Shown here piece by piece: positions 59,647 through 64,000 of a DNA stretch of 64,000 nucleotides. Under the pieces are notes generated by a model that saw nothing but the letters and a program-made list of their open reading frames with translations, was not told the origin of the DNA and ran no database searches. Both the position numbers and the translations under genes were made by a program. Source of the DNA: Candidatus Latescibacterota bacterium (GTDB lineage Bacteria; Latescibacterota; UBA2968; GCA-2709665); contig OZ242180.1 in assembly GCA_965205485.1 (NCBI GenBank), positions 832,001 to 896,000 of the forward strand, given 5' to 3'. Within the stretch, counting starts at the first letter, position 1. Each line of letters opens with the position of its first letter.

Positions 59647-60651
59647 ATGAAAGTACTGGTTACCGGCGCGGCGGGTCAGGTGGGCTGCCGGCTGGTACGG
59701 CAGCTTCTGGACCTGAACCTGGAGGTCCGGGGCTCCGTATTGCCGGGCGATCCCTGTCTGAGCCGGCTGGACGGCCTGGACGTGGAACTCGTGGAAGGGG
59801 ACCTGACGGACGGAGAGTTCACCAGGGGGGTGGTTTCGGGGACGGACGCCGTGGTCCACACGGCCAACCTGGTGGGACCCCATTTCGAACTCAACACGCA
59901 GATCAACCTGGAGGTATCGCGGGCGTGCGGGCAGTTCGCGGACAGCCTGGAGCGCTACGTGTACGTGAGCTCGTCCGGCGTGTTTCCGAATAACGGCGAG
60001 AACATCGCCTGCGCCTACCATCCCGTGGATGAACTGCATCCCAAGCGGCCGGATAACGAGTATTCCCTCTCCAAACATATCGGGGAACTGATGGCCGAAC
60101 GAACGTCCCGGGAGACCGGGCTGCGGATTTCCATCGTACGGCCCAGCCACGTGTTGTCCGGCAGCGCGATTTTCGATCAGTTCACGGCCGGACGGGTCTG
60201 CTCGATCCTGAAAGCGGGACAGGTGGGGCCGCGTACGGAGATGTATATGGCCGACGGAACCGAATTGTGGCACGAAGTCGAGGCGCGGGCCGAAGATCCC
60301 GATCAACCGTGCGCCGCTCGTGACGAGGCGGGGCGGCCCTGGTACTACCAGCCGAACGACGCGCGGGATATCGCGCATTGCATCGTGTGCGCGCTGCGGT
60401 CTCCGGATGCGGTTGGCGAGTCGTTCAACGGCGGCGCCCCGGCCCCGTTCACGTATCCCGAGGGCGCCCGGCTGCTCGGGGAAATCAGGGAACGGGAACC
60501 CCTGGAGGTGACGTTACCGGTGCGCTGGATGTACGATCACGACATCACGAAAGCGAAATCGCTGATCGGCTACCGTCCCAGGGGAGACCTGGAGACGATG
60601 GTGGCGTCGGCGGCTGCCTTCGAGGCGGGCGAGCCCGACTACCGGTGGTGA
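59647..60651 (+). CDS. NAD-dependent epimerase/dehydratase (extended SDR)
   Basis: VLVTGAAGQVG, VSS, YSLSK and VRP motifs. Confidence 0.92.
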   Translation: MKVLVTGAAGQVGCRLVRQLLDLNLEVRGSVLPGDPCLSRLDGLDVELVEGDLTDGEFTRGVVSGTDAVVHTANLVGPHFELNTQINLEVSRACGQFADSLERYVYVSSSGVFPNNGENIACAYHPVDELHPKRPDNEYSLSKHIGELMAERTSRETGLRISIVRPSHVLSGSAIFDQFTAGRVCSILKAGQVGPRTEMYMADGTELWHEVEARAEDPDQPCAARDEAGRPWYYQPNDARDIAHCIVCALRSPDAVGESFNGGAPAPFTYPEGARLLGEIREREPLEVTLPVRWMYDHDITKAKSLIGYRPRGDLETMVASAAAFEAGEPDYRW

Positions 60652-60730
60652 GAGCAGGCGTTGGAATGAAATCGGCGTGACGAAGAGAGTGACGGTCTCG
60701 AAAGGCCGGGTCGGTTTTACGTTTCGTGGA

Positions 60731-61489
60731 TCAGGATGCCGGCGCGGGCGCGCCGAGGATGATGAGATTGCGGTTGGTGATGCGCTGATCGATGGCCGTG
60801 ATCTTGTAGGCCCTGTACCGGCCTGCAATCACGCCAACGGCCGCCGTGTATCGTGCGTCGTCGTCCAGGTGGTTGATGCGGCGCAGGTAGAGCCGGTCCC
60901 GGATGCAGCAGGGCATTGCCGCGAAACACGCGTTCGCCGCGCCGGCCATATCCAGGGCATCCCGGGTGCCTTCGTTGCATGCGTGGATGCAGATGACGTA
61001 GGACCTTGGGTCCAGTTCCACGTCATTGAAGTCGGATTCGATGTACTCGACGTTCTCCATCGGCACTGCCTGTTCGCGCACGATCTCCAGGTAGTGGTCG
61101 AAGGCCGGCCGGCGTTCCCGGTCCACGCAGACAACGCGAAGCGCAGGGAACCGCCAGGCAAGCAGAATGCCCAGCAGACCGTGGCCGCAGGCCAGGTCGT
61201 AAATCGTCTCCACGTTTCCCTCGCGCCACTGTTCGTAGATGGCCTGGCCGATGCGCCTGTATGCCTCGAAGGTTTCGAAGAGTTCTTTCACACGCAGATA
61301 CTTCGGGTGACGATCCACAATTCCCGATATGAATGTGGATAGGGATTCGCTGCGGCCCGTTTCCGCCACGTAAGTCAGGAGAAGGTCCAGCCGTTCCTCG
61401 TCCAGGTCCCGTACCATGACGTTCGGATTCATTGGATACCGGTCCAGCAAATCGGGATGCCAGACACCGTCCATTAATTTTTCGGCCAT
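60731..61489 (-). CDS. SAM-dependent methyltransferase (Methyltransf_32-like)
   Basis: DLACGHGLLG, HAC and AMPCC motifs. Confidence 0.8.
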   Translation of the reverse strand: MAEKLMDGVWHPDLLDRYPMNPNVMVRDLDEERLDLLLTYVAETGRSESLSTFISGIVDRHPKYLRVKELFETFEAYRRIGQAIYEQWREGNVETIYDLACGHGLLGILLAWRFPALRVVCVDRERRPAFDHYLEIVREQAVPMENVEYIESDFNDVELDPRSYVICIHACNEGTRDALDMAGAANACFAAMPCCIRDRLYLRRINHLDDDARYTAAVGVIAGRYRAYKITAIDQRITNRNLIILGAPAPAS

Positions 61490-61636
61490 ATCGGGTTCCG
61501 GTCGAGAGGATCGGGCATTTGCAGGATCGGACTAATATAGACAATCCGAACTCAAGACGCAAAAAGGGCGGAGAAGAGTGACAGGGACCGCGGATTTTTC
61601 GAGGCCCGCGCAGAATTAAAAAAAGGGAGCGTATCT

Positions 61637-62494
61637 ATGGCGGAACAGTCATCCTCCCATCGGATTGTCGACGCGCATATCCACGTCTGGACCGATGACT
61701 TTGCGCGTTACCCGCTGTCCCCCAGGGTCAAAGCAGAAGACCTCTGGCATCCCACCTTCACGCCGGACGAGTACTTCAGCTACAGCCGGTCGGTGGGCAA
61801 CGTGCGCATCAACCTCGTCCAGATGATCTGGTACGACTACGACCACAGCTACATCCTCGACCTCATCTCGGACGATCCGGAAACGTACGCGGGCACGGGC
61901 ATGATCAGCCTGGAGGATCCCGAGCCGGACAGGACCATGCTTGAACTTTCGCAACAGGGATGTTTCGCCTTTCGCGAGCCGCCCTCCGCGCTGGATCATC
62001 CGGCATTCGAGAAAATGTTCGCAGCCGGAGCGGAACACGAACTCGCCCTCAGCTTCAACATGCAGGTCGATCTGCTGCCCGATCTGGACCGGCTATGCAC
62101 CCGCTTTCCGGAAACACCGGTCATTCTCGACCACGTTTGCCACGTGGGCATCCGGGAGGCGGACTACAGCGAACAAGACCTGGAAGCGCTGCTCCGTTTT
62201 GCCAGGCACCGCAATGTGATGGTCAAGATCGGTCCGCTTCAGGCGTTGTGCTCGCGCCGGGCGCCCTACCTGGACGTGCTGCCGCTGATCCGGCGGGTGG
62301 TGGAAGCGTACGGCGCCCATCGCTGCATGTGGGAGTCCGACAGCGGCGGACCCATTGAGATGGAGGACCCGATGACCGATTTTCCTGCTTCCGTCGCCCT
62401 GATCCGGGACCGCGCGAGCTTCCTCAGCCCCGCCGAGAAAGACGCCATTCTATGGGGCACCGCGCAGCGTTTCTTCTTCCGCAATCTGGCGTGA
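61637..62494 (+). CDS. Amidohydrolase_2 family protein (sugar-lactonase-like)
   Basis: DAHIHVW, ILDH, VMVK and MWESD motifs. Confidence 0.88.
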   Translation: MAEQSSSHRIVDAHIHVWTDDFARYPLSPRVKAEDLWHPTFTPDEYFSYSRSVGNVRINLVQMIWYDYDHSYILDLISDDPETYAGTGMISLEDPEPDRTMLELSQQGCFAFREPPSALDHPAFEKMFAAGAEHELALSFNMQVDLLPDLDRLCTRFPETPVILDHVCHVGIREADYSEQDLEALLRFARHRNVMVKIGPLQALCSRRAPYLDVLPLIRRVVEAYGAHRCMWESDSGGPIEMEDPMTDFPASVALIRDRASFLSPAEKDAILWGTAQRFFFRNLA

Positions 62495-62527
62495 TCGCAC
62501 ACGACGCAAATTATCGAACCTGAACCC

Positions 62528-62563
62528 TGAGCCGCTCCCTGAGCTTGTCGAAGGGTCGGCGAA
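62528..62563 (+). repeat. 36-bp repeat, second copy
   Basis: TGAGCCGCTCCCTGAGCTTGTCGAAGGGTCGGCGAA; compare 53896-53931. Confidence 0.85.
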
Positions 62564-62654
62564 GGACATCCGCACCGAAACGCAATTCGCCAGGCTCGGC
62601 ACAAGCAGTGCAGGAAACACAGCGAGACGTTTCAAACGCACCTGACAGAGAGGA

Positions 62655-63668
62655 GTGAATTTGAAGCCTTTCAAGGATTCCACTGACATCGCGGGAGACG
62701 GATCTCTTCTGCGACAGCGTATGCATGAGGACGGATACCTCTTCATCCGCAGCCTCTTGCCGGGAGAGATCCTGGAGGCACTGCGGCTCGCGTTCCTCAA
62801 GACCGCCCGCGAAGCCGGATGGGCGAGGTTGGACACGCCGCCGGAGGATGGCATCGCGGATCTCAACGGCTTCTGCGTGGAGCCGGAGGCGGCCTACATG
62901 GACGTCTACGCGGATATGTACGCGATAGAGGCCTTTCATAAACTCCAGCATCACCCGGACGTCGTCAGGCTCCTCAAATGTATGGCCGGCGAGCCGATTC
63001 TGCCACATCCGCGGATTATCGCGAGGACCATCTTTCCTCAGCGGGAAGCGTATACGACCCCCGCCCATCAGGACTTCATCCCCATCCAGGGGACAGCGGA
63101 AACGTACACCGCGTGGATACCGCTAAGCGAACTGCCCGCGGAGATGGGCGGTCTGCAGGTCGCCGCCGGTTCCCATCGCAAGGGCGTGTACGACTTCAAG
63201 CCTGCCATGGGAGCCGGGGGTATCGAGATTACCGATCCCCTCGAAGGCGCCTGGGCCAACAGTCCGTTCGCGCAGGGGGACGTCCTCTTCTTCCACAGCA
63301 TGCTCGTTCACAAGGGCCTTCCGAACCGCTCAGACCGGCTCCGCATGTCCATCGACGCGCGATATCAGCGGATCAGCGAACCCATCGCACCGGGCAGCAT
63401 CCTCCCCCACAGCCAGCCGAACACCTGGGAGAACATCTATCGGGGCTGGAAGGACGAATCGCTGAAGTACTACTGGGAGAAATACGAACTGGAGATCAGT
63501 GAATACGACAACAAGTACCACGACATGCGGGACCGGATGGCTTTCGACATGGCCGAAGCGGGAGACGAGACGGCCATCTCCGCCCTCCAGCGCATCATCG
63601 CGCGGCACAACGACCCGGCGATGAGGGAAAGGGCGGCCCAACTGCTGGCCCGGTTCGAGGGAAATTGA
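62655..63668 (+). CDS. PhyH family Fe(II)/2OG oxygenase
   Basis: TPAHQD, WIPL, GGL...GSH and LVHKGLPN....R.S.D.RY motifs. Confidence 0.9.
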   Translation: MNLKPFKDSTDIAGDGSLLRQRMHEDGYLFIRSLLPGEILEALRLAFLKTAREAGWARLDTPPEDGIADLNGFCVEPEAAYMDVYADMYAIEAFHKLQHHPDVVRLLKCMAGEPILPHPRIIARTIFPQREAYTTPAHQDFIPIQGTAETYTAWIPLSELPAEMGGLQVAAGSHRKGVYDFKPAMGAGGIEITDPLEGAWANSPFAQGDVLFFHSMLVHKGLPNRSDRLRMSIDARYQRISEPIAPGSILPHSQPNTWENIYRGWKDESLKYYWEKYELEISEYDNKYHDMRDRMAFDMAEAGDETAISALQRIIARHNDPAMRERAAQLLARFEGN

Positions 63669-63685
63669 GTTAAGTGCCGCGGACT

Positions 63686-64000
63686 TCAGTCGACGACGCC
63701 GTAGGCCCGGTCGAGGTCGCGGGAACACGCTTCAAGCATCTGTGTCAGCGCGAAGAACTCGCTGCCGTGGGCGATCAGGCGGGCGCCCATGTCGTAGAGT
63801 TCCTTTACGTGATCCGGGGATGCCGCCGGACAGCCCCACGCCAGCCCCCGTCCTCCCGCGACGGTCGCCACCTTCCTGATGGCTTCGTCAAGTGTGTATC
63901 CCGGTTTCAGCCGGTCGATCCTCAGACCGAGGTCGCCCGGCCCGATGAACAGGCCGTCGACGCCCTCGACGGATACGATCGCGTCCAGGTTTTCCATAGC
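63686..64000 (-). CDS. HpcH/HpaI aldolase family protein, 5' end outside the window
   Basis: NLDAIVSVEGVDGLFIGPGDL motif. Confidence 0.85.
   Translation of the reverse strand, partial: AMENLDAIVSVEGVDGLFIGPGDLGLRIDRLKPGYTLDEAIRKVATVAGGRGLAWGCPAASPDHVKELYDMGARLIAHGSEFFALTQMLEACSRDLDRAYGVVD

Overview
GC-rich bacterial chromosome segment with about 50 CDSs. I found no rRNA, tRNA, CRISPR array or intact transposase/integrase. Most genes are small-molecule and glycan catabolic enzymes: two heparinase II/III-like proteins, three phytanoyl-CoA dioxygenase-family enzymes, two D-2-hydroxyacid dehydrogenases, and one each of Gfo/Idh/MocA, aldo/keto reductase, enolase-superfamily, split aconitase X, BNR-repeat sialidase-like, DUF1080 and amidohydrolase. 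Monomeric isocitrate dehydrogenase and a K+ channel are also present. This gene mix, plus a FlgD-Ig/T9SS-like C-terminal domain, suggests a Latescibacterota/Poribacteria-like heterotroph (inference only). Accessory modules: (i) a Fur-family regulator, TonB-dependent receptor, PepSY protein and COG0523 metallochaperone cluster with two matching non-canonical 8-4-8 operators; (ii) an ECF sigma factor fused to a TM helix and an Ig-like sorting-type domain, followed by a large TlpA protein and tandemly duplicated beta-propeller lipoproteins; (iii) three type II toxin-antitoxin pairs, two of them frameshifted; (iv) a SLATT-like two-TM gene coupled to an unlisted 48-aa Pro-rich micro-ORF, with its own promoter and terminator; (v) a four-copy structured intergenic repeat and several REP-like palindrome families. 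Four genes are split by small deletions, some probably assembly errors. All family calls come from motif recognition by eye, not from database searches.
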